A DNA stretch of 64,000 bases from Myxococcota bacterium (lineage in GTDB: Bacteria; Myxococcota_A; UBA9160; JAFDDA01). The DNA lies in the NCBI GenBank assembly GCA_965228475.1, contig OZ245817.1, positions 288,001-352,000 of the forward strand, written 5' to 3'. Made by a program: the position numbers and the translations under genes. Below, in pieces: positions 19,435 through 30,744 of the stretch. The notes below the pieces were generated by a model. It saw only the letters and a program-made list of their open reading frames with translations, did no database searches and was not told the DNA's origin. The stretch's first letter is position 1; the number at the start of each line of letters is the position of its first letter.

Positions 19435-20661
19435 TTGGCCTCTCTTCGAGAGCGGATGCAGGACGTCCTTCGGCGAAGCGAGCTCGATCCCCGGCTGCTC
19501 GGGACGACGCTCGCGCTCGCATCGACCTGGATCGCACTCGACGTCGCGACCGGCGGCCTCTTCCTGACCGCGCGGAACCTCTACAACCTGGCCGTGCAGA
19601 GCAGCGTCGTCGGCGTGATGGCCTGCGGCATGGTGCTCGTGATCGTCGCGCGCCACATCGATCTGTCCGTCGGGTCGCTGCTCGGGCTGACCGGCATGTT
19701 CGTCGCCGTCCTCCAGGTGGAGGTGTTCCCCGCGGCGGCCTGGGCCTGGCCTCTCTCGGCCGTACTCGGGATCGCACTCGGTGCCGGGCTCGGTGCGGTG
19801 CAGGGGGCGTGGGTCGCCCGGGCGGGCCTGCCGGCCTTCGTCGTGACGCTGGCCGGATTGATGATCTTCCGCGGCGCCGCCTACCTGCTGACGGACGGCC
19901 GCACCGTGACCCCCCTCGCGCCCGGCTTCGAGCGCCTCGGGGGTGGCGTCGAAGGCGCCATCGGCGCTCCGGCGAGCTGGGCGCTCGGCGCGCTGGCCGC
20001 CGCGCTGCTGCTCGCCCGCGGGCTCCGCGCGCGCCGGGAGCGTCGACGCCACGGCATCCCGGCGCGGCCCGCCTGGAGCGAAGCGCTCCACCTGACCCTC
20101 GCGGTCTGCGCCCCGCTCGCGTTCGTCTGGGTGATGAACCTGCACACCCTGCCCCGCAGCGACGTGGCGCGCGGGCTTCCGGTGCCGGTGCTCGTCCTCG
20201 TCGCGACGGCGGCCGGCGTGCACGTTCTCGCCCGGTCGACACGCTTCGGACGCCACGTCTTCGCGATCGGCGGGAACCGCCGTGCGGCCGCCCGGGCGGG
20301 GGTCGACGTCGCGAGGGTGACCCTCGGGCTGTTCGCGGCGATGGGCGCGCTGGCCGGCGTGGCGGGCGTGCTCGCGACCGCGCGGCTCGGCGCCGGGACG
20401 TCCTCGCTCGGCACCCTCGCCGAGCTCGCGGTCATCGCGGCGGCGGTGATCGGGGGGACCCGGCTCTCGGGCGGTGCGGGAAGCGTGCCGGGCGCGATCC
20501 TCGGCGCCGTGCTCATGCAGAGTCTCGAGAACGGCATGGTGCTCCTCGGGGTTTCGAGCGCGGTGCGGCAGGTCGGGATCGGGGCGGTGCTGCTGCTCGC
20601 GGTCCACGCGGACGCGGTCTGGCAGCGCCGCTCGGGCGGGCCCGAGGAGGAGGCGGCATGA
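19435..20661 (+). CDS. xylH: Sugar ABC permease
   Basis: RHIDLSVGS, TRFGRHVFAIGGN, ELAVIAAAVIGGT. Confidence 0.8.
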   Translation: MASLRERMQDVLRRSELDPRLLGTTLALASTWIALDVATGGLFLTARNLYNLAVQSSVVGVMACGMVLVIVARHIDLSVGSLLGLTGMFVAVLQVEVFPAAAWAWPLSAVLGIALGAGLGAVQGAWVARAGLPAFVVTLAGLMIFRGAAYLLTDGRTVTPLAPGFERLGGGVEGAIGAPASWALGALAAALLLARGLRARRERRRHGIPARPAWSEALHLTLAVCAPLAFVWVMNLHTLPRSDVARGLPVPVLVLVATAAGVHVLARSTRFGRHVFAIGGNRRAAARAGVDVARVTLGLFAAMGALAGVAGVLATARLGAGTSSLGTLAELAVIAAAVIGGTRLSGGAGSVPGAILGAVLMQSLENGMVLLGVSSAVRQVGIGAVLLLAVHADAVWQRRSGGPEEEAA

Positions 20662-21389
20662 GCGAACCCCTGCTCGAGCTGCGCGGGGTCGCCAAGGCCT
20701 TCGGCGGCGTTCACGCCGTCGAACCGATCGACCTGCGCATCGAGGCGGGCGAGGTGCACGGCCTGCTCGGCCACAACGGTGCGGGCAAGTCGACCCTCGC
20801 GAAGCTCGTCTCCGGCGCGCACCGCATCGACGCGGGCGAAGTGCGCATCGGCGGGGAGCGCGTCGAGCTGCGCAACCCCCGCGATGCCCAGCGCCACGGC
20901 ATCGAGATGATCTACCAGGACCTCTCCCTCGCGGACAACCTGGACGCCATCGCGAACCTCTTCCTCGGGCGCGAGCTCCGTGGGCGTTTCGGGCTGCTCG
21001 ACGAACGCGCCATGGAGGCGCGGGCGCGCGAGATCTTCGCCGGTCTGAATCCGGCCTTCGCTCGCCTGCGGGAGCCCGTTGCGCGCCTGTCGGGCGGCGA
21101 GCGGCAGATGGTGGCCATCGCCCGGGCGCTCCTGTTCTCGGCCCGCATCCTCGTCATGGACGAGCCGACCGCGGCCCTCGGGCCCGCGGAGTCCCGCAAC
21201 GTCGCGGCGCTCGTCCGCCGCCTCGCCGGCCAGGGCCTGGCGATCGTGCTCGTGAGCCACGATCTCTCGGACGTCTTCGCCCTCTCGGACCGCCTGACCA
21301 TCCTGAAGGGTGGGCGCCACGTCGCGACGGCCCGGCGCGAGGCGCTGACGCCCGACCGGGCCCTCGAGATGATCATCGCCGGCGAGTGA
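20658..21389 (+). CDS. Sugar ABC ATP-binding protein (single domain)
   Basis: Walker A GHNGAGKST, LSGGE signature, MDEPT. Confidence 0.92.
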   Translation: MSEPLLELRGVAKAFGGVHAVEPIDLRIEAGEVHGLLGHNGAGKSTLAKLVSGAHRIDAGEVRIGGERVELRNPRDAQRHGIEMIYQDLSLADNLDAIANLFLGRELRGRFGLLDERAMEARAREIFAGLNPAFARLREPVARLSGGERQMVAIARALLFSARILVMDEPTAALGPAESRNVAALVRRLAGQGLAIVLVSHDLSDVFALSDRLTILKGGRHVATARREALTPDRALEMIIAGE

Positions 21390-21433
21390 GCCCGTGGCCA
21401 TCCGGCGCCGGCCGTCTGGTAGGCTGCGGAATC

Positions 21434-21946
21434 ATGACGAGCCCCGACGAGTTGGAAGAGGCCTTTCGCAGCTACTGGCAACGCGGCGCGGTGGGCGAGC
21501 GCTGGGAGGAGTGGGTCGACCGGTCCTTCACGCCCGACGCCGTCTACCACGAGCGGGTTCTCGGGAGCATGAACGGACGCGATGCCATCCGCGAGTGGAT
21601 CGTTCCGATCATGGCCCGGTACGGCGAGATCTACACGGCGTACGAGTGGCACACGGTCGACGCCGAACTCGGGAAGGTCGTCGTCTACATGCAGAATCGG
21701 CGCGACCACCCGAGCGGAGAGGGCGTGATCGACTTCCCCGGCGTCACGATCCTCGACTACGCCGGCGACGGGCGGTTCCGGCAGGAAGAGGACTACTGGG
21801 CGCTGCCCCTGGCGCGCGAAGCGGCCGAGGCCTACCAGGCCGCCTGCGAGAAGCACGACCCCGAGCACGCCGCGAAGCGCACGCGGCGCGACTGGGGGAA
21901 CGGCCCGTCCTGGACGCAGGGCGCGGCTTCCTACGACGAGCGCTAG
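21434..21946 (+). CDS. NTF2/SnoaL-like protein
   Basis: FTPDAVY, GRDAIREW, EEDYW. Confidence 0.8.
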   Translation: MTSPDELEEAFRSYWQRGAVGERWEEWVDRSFTPDAVYHERVLGSMNGRDAIREWIVPIMARYGEIYTAYEWHTVDAELGKVVVYMQNRRDHPSGEGVIDFPGVTILDYAGDGRFRQEEDYWALPLAREAAEAYQAACEKHDPEHAAKRTRRDWGNGPSWTQGAASYDER

Positions 21947-21959
21947 CCGGACCCGCACG

Positions 21960-22823
21960 ATGTATCACGCCTACCAGATCCCGACCGACGGCACCTTCGA
22001 CCTGGGAGCTTCTCCGACGGCCCCTCCCGCCGATGCTCCGTCGAAGAAACAGCTCGAGAAGAAGCTCCGGAAGACGGTCAAGAAGATCGCCGAGCTGCAG
22101 CGCGCGCTCTACGCGGACGACCGCCACGCGCTCCTGCTGGTCTTCCAGGCCATGGACGCCGCGGGCAAGGACGGCACGATCCGCGCAGTCCTGAAGGGCG
22201 TGAACCCCGCGGGCTGCCAGGTGCATTCCTTCAAGCAGCCCTCGAAGGAGGAACTCGACCACGACTTCCTCTGGCGGACCTCCTGCCGTCTTCCCGAGCG
22301 CGGCCGGATCGGTGTCTTCAATCGCAGCTACTACGAAGAGCTGCTCGTGGTCCGGGTGCACCCGGAGTATCTCGATGCGCAGCGGCTTCCGAATCGCCCG
22401 CCCCTCGAGGAGCTCTGGCAGCGGCGGTTCGCCTCGATCCGTGAGCACGAGGCCCACCTCACCCGCACCGGGACGACGATCCTCAAATTCTGGCTGAACG
22501 TCTCGCGTGAGGAGCAGCGGCGCCGGTTCCTCGCGCGGCTCGACGAGCCCGAGAAGAACTGGAAGTTCTCGACGTCGGACGTGAAGGAGCGCGGCCACTG
22601 GGACGCCTACATGAAGGCCTACGAAGAGGCCCTGCGCGAGACGTCCCGGCCCGAAGCGCCGTGGTACGCGATCCCGGCCGACGACAAGCCCTTCATGCGC
22701 CTGGCGGTGGCGACGGCCGTCCTCGAGACCCTCGAGGGGCTCGGACTGCGCTACCCGGAGGCGGGCGAGAAGGAGCGCGCGCGGTTCGCCGAGATGCGTG
22801 CGCAGCTCGAGGCGGAAGCCTGA
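21960..22823 (+). CDS. ppk2: Polyphosphate kinase 2 family (class III-like)
   Basis: QAMDAAGKDGTI, HDFLWR, FNRSYYE, APWYAIPADDK. Confidence 0.92.
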   Translation: MYHAYQIPTDGTFDLGASPTAPPADAPSKKQLEKKLRKTVKKIAELQRALYADDRHALLLVFQAMDAAGKDGTIRAVLKGVNPAGCQVHSFKQPSKEELDHDFLWRTSCRLPERGRIGVFNRSYYEELLVVRVHPEYLDAQRLPNRPPLEELWQRRFASIREHEAHLTRTGTTILKFWLNVSREEQRRRFLARLDEPEKNWKFSTSDVKERGHWDAYMKAYEEALRETSRPEAPWYAIPADDKPFMRLAVATAVLETLEGLGLRYPEAGEKERARFAEMRAQLEAEA

Positions 22824-22847
22824 CCTGGCCGGCCGCGCCCGCCGCTC

Positions 22848-25073
<2,226 letters not shown>

Positions 25074-25239
25074 GGTCCCTCTCGGCGGTTGGGGGAGTCG
25101 AGGGTCTACCAGAATCGGGGTTCCCCCGCATCGTAGCTGGGGCCCGGGGAGGCGCCCGCGGAGCCCGCTGCGGCCGGCCGCCGACTGCGGTACAAGAGCG
25201 GCGTCGGCCGAGATCTCGGCGGGCCTTCCGGAGAGCAGC

Positions 25240-26247
25240 GTGGATCCCCAGACCGAGCAGGGGCTCGGGACGGACGGCACGGGCCGGACCGACCCGGCCG
25301 GTGACATCCGAGCGGAACGCGTCGGCCTGGCCTTCGCGGGCCTGTGCGTCGTGAACGGTGCGGTGTTCCCCGCCGTGGCGAAGCTCACGACCGATGGCGC
25401 GGATGCGCTCTTCGTCGCCACGGTGACGACCGGCTTCGGAGCGCTCGTGGCCTTCGCGTACCTCGCCGTGCGGGGGGGACTCGGCGCGTTCTTCGACCGC
25501 CGAGTGGGCCCGCGCCTCGCGTGGGTCGGGCTGCTCGGCAGCGCGGTCGCCTACGGATTCCTGTTCGAGGGCGCCCGCCGGAGCAGCGCCATCGACACGG
25601 TGCTGTGTCTGCAGGTCGAGCCGCTGTACGCCCTGATCATCGCGCGGATGTTCCTCGGCCACGGTCTGACCCTGCGGCGCATCGCCGCTGCGGGGGTGCT
25701 TGGCACGGGCATCGGGTTGGCCATCGTGGGCGGCGGAGATTCGGATCCGATCGGCATTGCCTTCCTGCTGGCGACGCCGCTCGCCTGGCAGGTTTCGCAC
25801 CTGGTCGCGCTGCGAGGGCTCAGCGGCGTCTCTCCGATGGTGCTGACCGGTGCGCGCTACGTCCACGGCGGCCTGTGGCTCGGCCTGGCGTGGCTCGTCG
25901 CCGGAGCGCCGACGGGGATCGCGCCGGACGACAGCCTCACGGCGCGGCTGCCGCTGCTCGCCTTCCAGGGGATCGCCCTGAGCTTCATCGGAACCGCCTT
26001 CTGGTATCAGGCGATCGCGCGGCTCGACCTCGCGCGGGCGACGGCGATCGTCGTGCCGTCGATTCCGATGGTGTCGGTCCTCGCGACCTTCCTCCTGCTC
26101 GGGGACGTCCCGACGCTCCGCCAGTGGCTGGGCCTCGGCCTGACGGCCCTCGGCGTCCTCGCCTTCGTGACCGCACCGGCGGCCCGGGAGAAGCGCGAAC
26201 GCATCCCCACCGCCACGGCCCCGATCGCCGCGCCGCGCGGAGACTAG
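25240..26247 (+). CDS. EamA/DMT family transporter
   Basis: About 10 hydrophobic helices in two repeats; start uncertain. Confidence 0.8.
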   Translation: MDPQTEQGLGTDGTGRTDPAGDIRAERVGLAFAGLCVVNGAVFPAVAKLTTDGADALFVATVTTGFGALVAFAYLAVRGGLGAFFDRRVGPRLAWVGLLGSAVAYGFLFEGARRSSAIDTVLCLQVEPLYALIIARMFLGHGLTLRRIAAAGVLGTGIGLAIVGGGDSDPIGIAFLLATPLAWQVSHLVALRGLSGVSPMVLTGARYVHGGLWLGLAWLVAGAPTGIAPDDSLTARLPLLAFQGIALSFIGTAFWYQAIARLDLARATAIVVPSIPMVSVLATFLLLGDVPTLRQWLGLGLTALGVLAFVTAPAAREKRERIPTATAPIAAPRGD

Positions 26248-27104
26248 CCAGGCGCAAGAGCGTTGCGCGCGATGAACTCGCGCAGGAGCGGGATCGCCTC
26301 GTCGGGGCAGTCCCGGTACGCACCGTGGCCGCAGGATGGGAAGCGGTGGAACTCGACCCACTCGGGAGGCAGCGCCTCCGCGATGTCCACCTGGTCCTCG
26401 ATGGGCGTCGTTGGATCGTCTTCCCCGCCGAGCACCAGGACCGGACAGCGCACCCGGGAGAGTCCGGGGAGGAGGTCGCAGGAGAGGTACTCGTTCGCGA
26501 AGAAGTGGATCAGGACGTCGGCGTTGACGATCGTGCGGGTGAGGCCGTGCGGGTCCGAGAATCGCGTGTTGTAGTGCGGCATGCACTTGGTGATGAAGGG
26601 CCCGAGCGTCTCGAGGCTCGGGTCCTGGTAGAACGCCTCGGCTGCGTCGCGAACCTCCGGGCCGGCCAGGCGTTCGAAGACCGCGAGGTTGCGCTCCTTG
26701 CGGAAACGCCCGGCCGTGCTCGAGAAGACGAGCGCCGCGGGGTGGTCCGGGTGTCGCGCGGCGTAGACCTGCGCCACGAAGCCGCCAAAGGATTGCCCCA
26801 TCACGATCGGCCGTTCGATGCCGAGTGCGTCGCAGAGGCCGCGAACGTCGTCGGCCCACTGGGCGAGATTCCAGGTCTCCGGGCTGGCGCGGTCGCTGCG
26901 GCCGTTGCCTCGATGATCGACGTAGACGAGCTGGGCCTGGTCGCTCAGGGCGCCGAGCTCGCGCTTGAAGGACGAGTGGTCGAGCCCGGGGCCGCCGTGC
27001 AGCAGCAGCACCGTAGGCCGCCGGACCATGGCCGGCCCCTGGGGCTGCCACTCGACGCCGTCTACGTCGACGAACAGCCGTACGCCGTTTACTTCGATCC
27101 GCAT
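26244..27104 (-). CDS. Alpha/beta hydrolase (proline iminopeptidase-like)
   Basis: HGGPG oxyanion motif, GQSFGG nucleophile, GEDD and GH. Confidence 0.88.
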   Translation of the reverse strand: MRIEVNGVRLFVDVDGVEWQPQGPAMVRRPTVLLLHGGPGLDHSSFKRELGALSDQAQLVYVDHRGNGRSDRASPETWNLAQWADDVRGLCDALGIERPIVMGQSFGGFVAQVYAARHPDHPAALVFSSTAGRFRKERNLAVFERLAGPEVRDAAEAFYQDPSLETLGPFITKCMPHYNTRFSDPHGLTRTIVNADVLIHFFANEYLSCDLLPGLSRVRCPVLVLGGEDDPTTPIEDQVDIAEALPPEWVEFHRFPSCGHGAYRDCPDEAIPLLREFIARNALAPG

Positions 27105-27168
27105 CGGGCTCCCTCCAAGCCGAGCAGCCTACCAGCGGTGTCGGGCGCCGGGGGGATTTCGGCGTCGC

Positions 27169-27864
27169 TCAACGAAGATCGGAGAGGCGCACGCGCTGGC
27201 GCCCCTCCGCGTCGAAGTTCTCCGGAGCGAGCCAGGCCTCGAAGCCGTGCCGGAGGGCCGGCCACTCGGCATCGGTGATCGAGAACCACGCCGTGTCGCG
27301 GTTGCGGCCCTTCATGATGACGTGGTTGCGGAAGGTTCCCTCGTAGCGGAAGCCGAGGCGCTCGGCGGCGGCTCGCGACGGCGCGTTGAGCGCATCGCAC
27401 TTCCACTCGTAGCGGCGGTAGCCGAGGTCGTCGAAGGCGTGGCGCATCATCAGGAACATGGCCTCGGTCGCCGCCGGTGTTCGCTGGAGGGCCGGTGCGT
27501 AGGAGAGATGCCCGACCTCGAGGACGCCCATCTCGGGCTCGATGCGGAGGTAGCTCGCCACGCCGACGGGCCGGGCGTCCGTTCCGGTGCAGACGGCGAA
27601 GAAGAGCGGGTCGTCCTTGCCGAGCGTCTGCTCGACGAAGGCTTCGTACTCCGACGCGCTCGGGAAGGGGCCGTAGGGCAGGTAGGTCCAGTTTCTCCCG
27701 TCGTCCTCGGCGTAGGCGGCGTGGAGCGCTTCGGCGTGGGCCGTCGCGAGGGGCTCGAGCCGGCAGAAGCGCCCGGCGTGCACCTGGTGCCGGGGCCGCG
27801 GCCGTGCGGTGAATCCTTCGAGGCTCCTGCCGATGGGCTGACCCCACCGGTTGGTTCGTTCCAT
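27169..27864 (-). CDS. GNAT N-acetyltransferase (RimJ/RimL type)
   Basis: WTYLPYGP, LGYRRYEWKCDALNAPS, GRNRDTAWFSI. Confidence 0.9.
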   Translation of the reverse strand: MERTNRWGQPIGRSLEGFTARPRPRHQVHAGRFCRLEPLATAHAEALHAAYAEDDGRNWTYLPYGPFPSASEYEAFVEQTLGKDDPLFFAVCTGTDARPVGVASYLRIEPEMGVLEVGHLSYAPALQRTPAATEAMFLMMRHAFDDLGYRRYEWKCDALNAPSRAAAERLGFRYEGTFRNHVIMKGRNRDTAWFSITDAEWPALRHGFEAWLAPENFDAEGRQRVRLSDLR

Positions 27865-27989
27865 CCTTCCGTCTCCCCGATCGCGCCCCGGAGCTTACGG
27901 AAGGGTTCGGGCGACGGTGTGGCCTTTCGGTGGAATCCGGCACCTCGGGCCCGCTACTCGCCGGGCGGGAACCTGTGCCATGGTGGGGC

Positions 27990-30491
27990 ATGGCCGCCGG
28001 CGAACGCACAGCGACCCCCGAGACCTACCCCTTCGCCGAGATCGAACCCCTCTGGGAGGAGCGGTGGGAGGCCGCGGATCTCTTCCGCGCCGGCGCGCAC
28101 CCGGATCGGCCGAGCTGGTACGGCTACGAGTACCCGCCCTACCCGAACGGCAGCCTGCACATCGGGCACGCTCGCAACTACACCCTCGGCGACGTCTGCG
28201 CGCGGTTCCACCGCATGCGCGGCTTCGACGTGCTCTACACCCAGGGCTTCGACTCCTTCGGGCTGCCGAACGAGATCGCCGCGCGCGAGGAAGGATGCCA
28301 CCCGCGCGAGGTCACCGAGCGCTCGATCGCCACGATCTCGGACCAGTTCCGCCGGCTCGGCCTCTCCTACGACCGCAGCCACTTCATCGCCTACCACGAC
28401 CCGCACTACTACGTGCAGACCCAGCGGATCTTCCTGGCCCTCCTGGATGCCGATCTCGCCTACCGCGCGCGGGCGGCGGCCAACTGGTGCCCGACGTGCA
28501 GTACGACCCTCGCCGACGACCAGGCCCTCGAGGGGAACTGCTGGCGCTGCGGCCGGCCCGTCGAGACGCGGGTGCTCGACCAATGGTTCCTGCGGACGAC
28601 GCGCTACGCCCAGGCACTGCTCGACGGCCTCGACACCGTCCGCGACTGGCCCGACCACGCCCTCGCCCGCCAGCGTGCGTGGATCGGCCGCACGCCCGGC
28701 GTCGACGTGCGCCTCGAGATCGCCGAGCGCCCCGGCCGGGAGCTCGTCGCCTTCACGACCCAGCCCGAGCTGATCTACGCGATGAACTTTCTCACGCTCG
28801 CGCTCGAGCACCCCTTCCTGCTCGAGCTCGAGGCGGATGGGGCCCTCGCGCAGGGCGTTCTCGACGAGGTCGAGGACATGCGGCGGCAGCTCCGCTTCCG
28901 GGCCCGGAGCGCCCTGCGCGGTGCGCCGCGTCCGCCGACGCGCACGGTGGCCCTCGGTCTCCACGTCGTGCATCCGCTGACGGGCGAGCGCCTGCCGCTC
29001 CTCGCCGGAAACTACGTCGAGATCTCCTTCGCCACGGGCGCGGTGCTCGGCGCGCCCGCCCACGATCACAAGGACGGCGAGGTCGCGCGCCAGGCCGGGA
29101 TCGGCGAACGGGTGACCTTGCGTCCGCCGGACGGCGAAACGACCGGGGATCTCATCGCCTACGAAGAAGACTGGCGGCTCGTCGACGCCGGGGAGCTCAC
29201 GGGCGCGACCGTCGCCGAATCGAGGAGCCGCGTCGCCGAGGCCCTCGCCCGCGTCGACGGAGGCGGCGCGGCGGTGCGCTTCCGTCTGCGCGACTGGCTG
29301 GTTTCGCGCCAGCGCTTCTGGGGCGTTCCGATTCCCATCGTGCACTGCGTGGATTGCGGTGCGGTGCCCGTGCCCGACGGGGAACTTCCCATCGAGCTGC
29401 CCGACGAAGTCGACCTCGAGGTGGCGGGGAACCCGCTCGAAGCCTGTACGGCCTTCGTCGAGGCGCCCTGCCCTCGCTGCGCGGAGCCCGCCCGGCGCGA
29501 GACCGACACCATGGACACCTTCGTCAACACGACCTGGTTCCCCTGGCGCCACTGCATCCCCGCCGACCGCCCCTTCGATCTGCACTGTGCCGAGGTCGAG
29601 GAGCGCATGCCCGCGGACGTGACGATCGGCGGCGTCGACGTGCTCGAAGGTGCCTTCTTCCACGAACGCTTCCTCGCTCAAGCGATGCACGAGCTCGGCT
29701 GGATCGACTACACCGAGCCCGTCCGGCGCGCGCTCACCCACGAGATGGTGATCCGCAACGGTCGGAAGATGAGCAAATCCCTCGGGAATACCGTCGACCT
29801 CGACGACGTGATCGAGCGCTTCGGCGCCGACAGCCTGCGCACCGCGATCGTGTTCATGGCCCCCTGGCAGCGTCGGGTGGACTGGCAGGAGTCGAAGCTC
29901 GTCGATTGCCACCGCTTCCTCGCCGCGGTCTTCGATCTGGCGGAGCGTTTCGCTTCGTCCCTCGAGACGCACCGCGAGCCGCGCGAACGCACGGACGTGC
30001 TGGGCGCGATCCATCGCGAGACCGCGGCGATCACCGAATCCTTCGAGGGCTACCGCATGCACGTCGCCGTCCACGGGCTCATGCGCCTGCGGCGCACCGT
30101 CGAGCGCGCGGCGGAGGAGGGAGCGCGGCCGGATGCCGTGGAAGGCCTGTCCCGGCTGGTGCGCATGCTCTCGCCGCTCGCCCCGCACCTTGCCGAGGAA
30201 CTCTGGCGGCGGCTCGGCGGCGAGGGCTTCGTGAGCGTCGCCGCGTGGCCGGAGGTCGATGCGGCGCTCGCAGCGGAAGAGCGGCGGACCCTCCTCGTCC
30301 AGGTCGACGGCAAGAAGGTGGGTGCGATCGAAGTCTCACCCGATGCGGACGAGGCAGAGCTCGAAGCGCTCGCGCGGCCGATCGCAGAGCCGACACTCCA
30401 GGGTGTCGAGGTGCTGCGCACGATCTACGCCCAGCGCCGGAAGACCGACTGGATCAACTTCGTGACGAAGGCCCGCCGGGGCGGCGATTAG
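27990..30491 (+). CDS. leuS: Leucyl-tRNA synthetase paralog with divergent active site
   Basis: HIGH, KMSKS, DSFGLPNE, RDWLVSRQRFWGVPIP, RETDTMDTF, CP1 editing domain, C-terminal VQVDGK; several Leu-pocket residues substituted. Confidence 0.9.
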   Translation: MAAGERTATPETYPFAEIEPLWEERWEAADLFRAGAHPDRPSWYGYEYPPYPNGSLHIGHARNYTLGDVCARFHRMRGFDVLYTQGFDSFGLPNEIAAREEGCHPREVTERSIATISDQFRRLGLSYDRSHFIAYHDPHYYVQTQRIFLALLDADLAYRARAAANWCPTCSTTLADDQALEGNCWRCGRPVETRVLDQWFLRTTRYAQALLDGLDTVRDWPDHALARQRAWIGRTPGVDVRLEIAERPGRELVAFTTQPELIYAMNFLTLALEHPFLLELEADGALAQGVLDEVEDMRRQLRFRARSALRGAPRPPTRTVALGLHVVHPLTGERLPLLAGNYVEISFATGAVLGAPAHDHKDGEVARQAGIGERVTLRPPDGETTGDLIAYEEDWRLVDAGELTGATVAESRSRVAEALARVDGGGAAVRFRLRDWLVSRQRFWGVPIPIVHCVDCGAVPVPDGELPIELPDEVDLEVAGNPLEACTAFVEAPCPRCAEPARRETDTMDTFVNTTWFPWRHCIPADRPFDLHCAEVEERMPADVTIGGVDVLEGAFFHERFLAQAMHELGWIDYTEPVRRALTHEMVIRNGRKMSKSLGNTVDLDDVIERFGADSLRTAIVFMAPWQRRVDWQESKLVDCHRFLAAVFDLAERFASSLETHREPRERTDVLGAIHRETAAITESFEGYRMHVAVHGLMRLRRTVERAAEEGARPDAVEGLSRLVRMLSPLAPHLAEELWRRLGGEGFVSVAAWPEVDAALAAEERRTLLVQVDGKKVGAIEVSPDADEAELEALARPIAEPTLQGVEVLRTIYAQRRKTDWINFVTKARRGGD

Positions 30492-30502
30492 AGGCCAGGG
30501 GT

Positions 30503-30736
30503 TGGTGCCGAAGACGGGATTCGAACCCGCAGCAACGATCCATTCCGGAGCTTGATCCGAGCGCCGGATTGCAGGCTCTCCCGAGACGCCCTGCACCAGC
30601 GGGATCGACGACGGCCCGGGCTTTCCCGGGAATCTCCCCACGGGGGTAACCAATCCCCGCCTCAAGATTTCGCTCCGTTCAGTACGCCGCACGTGGCCCT
30701 CGACCACGCGTGAAGTTCCTGTTTCACTACTTCGGC
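30503..30736 (-). tRNA. tRNA-Leu(GAG)-like gene, 234 nt, with a 161-nt structured variable region
   Basis: Acceptor GCCGAAG/CUUCGGC + A73 CCA; U8, D arm GUGAA-ACAGGAAC-UUCAC; anticodon stem CGUGG/CCACG with loop UCGAGGG; T arm GCGGG-UUCGAAU-CCCGU; variable-arm base stem GCGGCG/CGUUGC. Confidence 0.85.
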
Positions 30737-30744
30737 CCGTCTCG

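Noticed and set aside
25074..25239. ncRNA upstream of icd
   Set aside because: GC-rich stems are possible, but I could not recognise any specific motif.
30503..30530. Isolated tRNA 3' fragment (att site of an island)
   Set aside because: The matching 5' half and a promoter are present about 160 nt away, the variable-arm base still pairs, and there is no integrase in the window.
30531..30691. Group I/II intron or hammerhead ribozyme in the tRNA
   Set aside because: The insert is in the variable arm rather than the anticodon loop, is short, and shows no P7 or domain V motif by eye. CUGAACG...GAAA does not fit the hammerhead CUGANGA core. An Rfam search is still needed.
30336..30707. 123-aa minus-strand ORF across the tRNA
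   Set aside because: It overlaps both the tRNA and leuS, has no RBS and no recognisable motif; open frames are common at this GC content.
30503..30736. tmRNA
   Set aside because: The acceptor lacks the G3-U70 alanine determinant and GGGG start; full D and anticodon arms are present; no tag frame ending in Ala-Ala-stop is visible.
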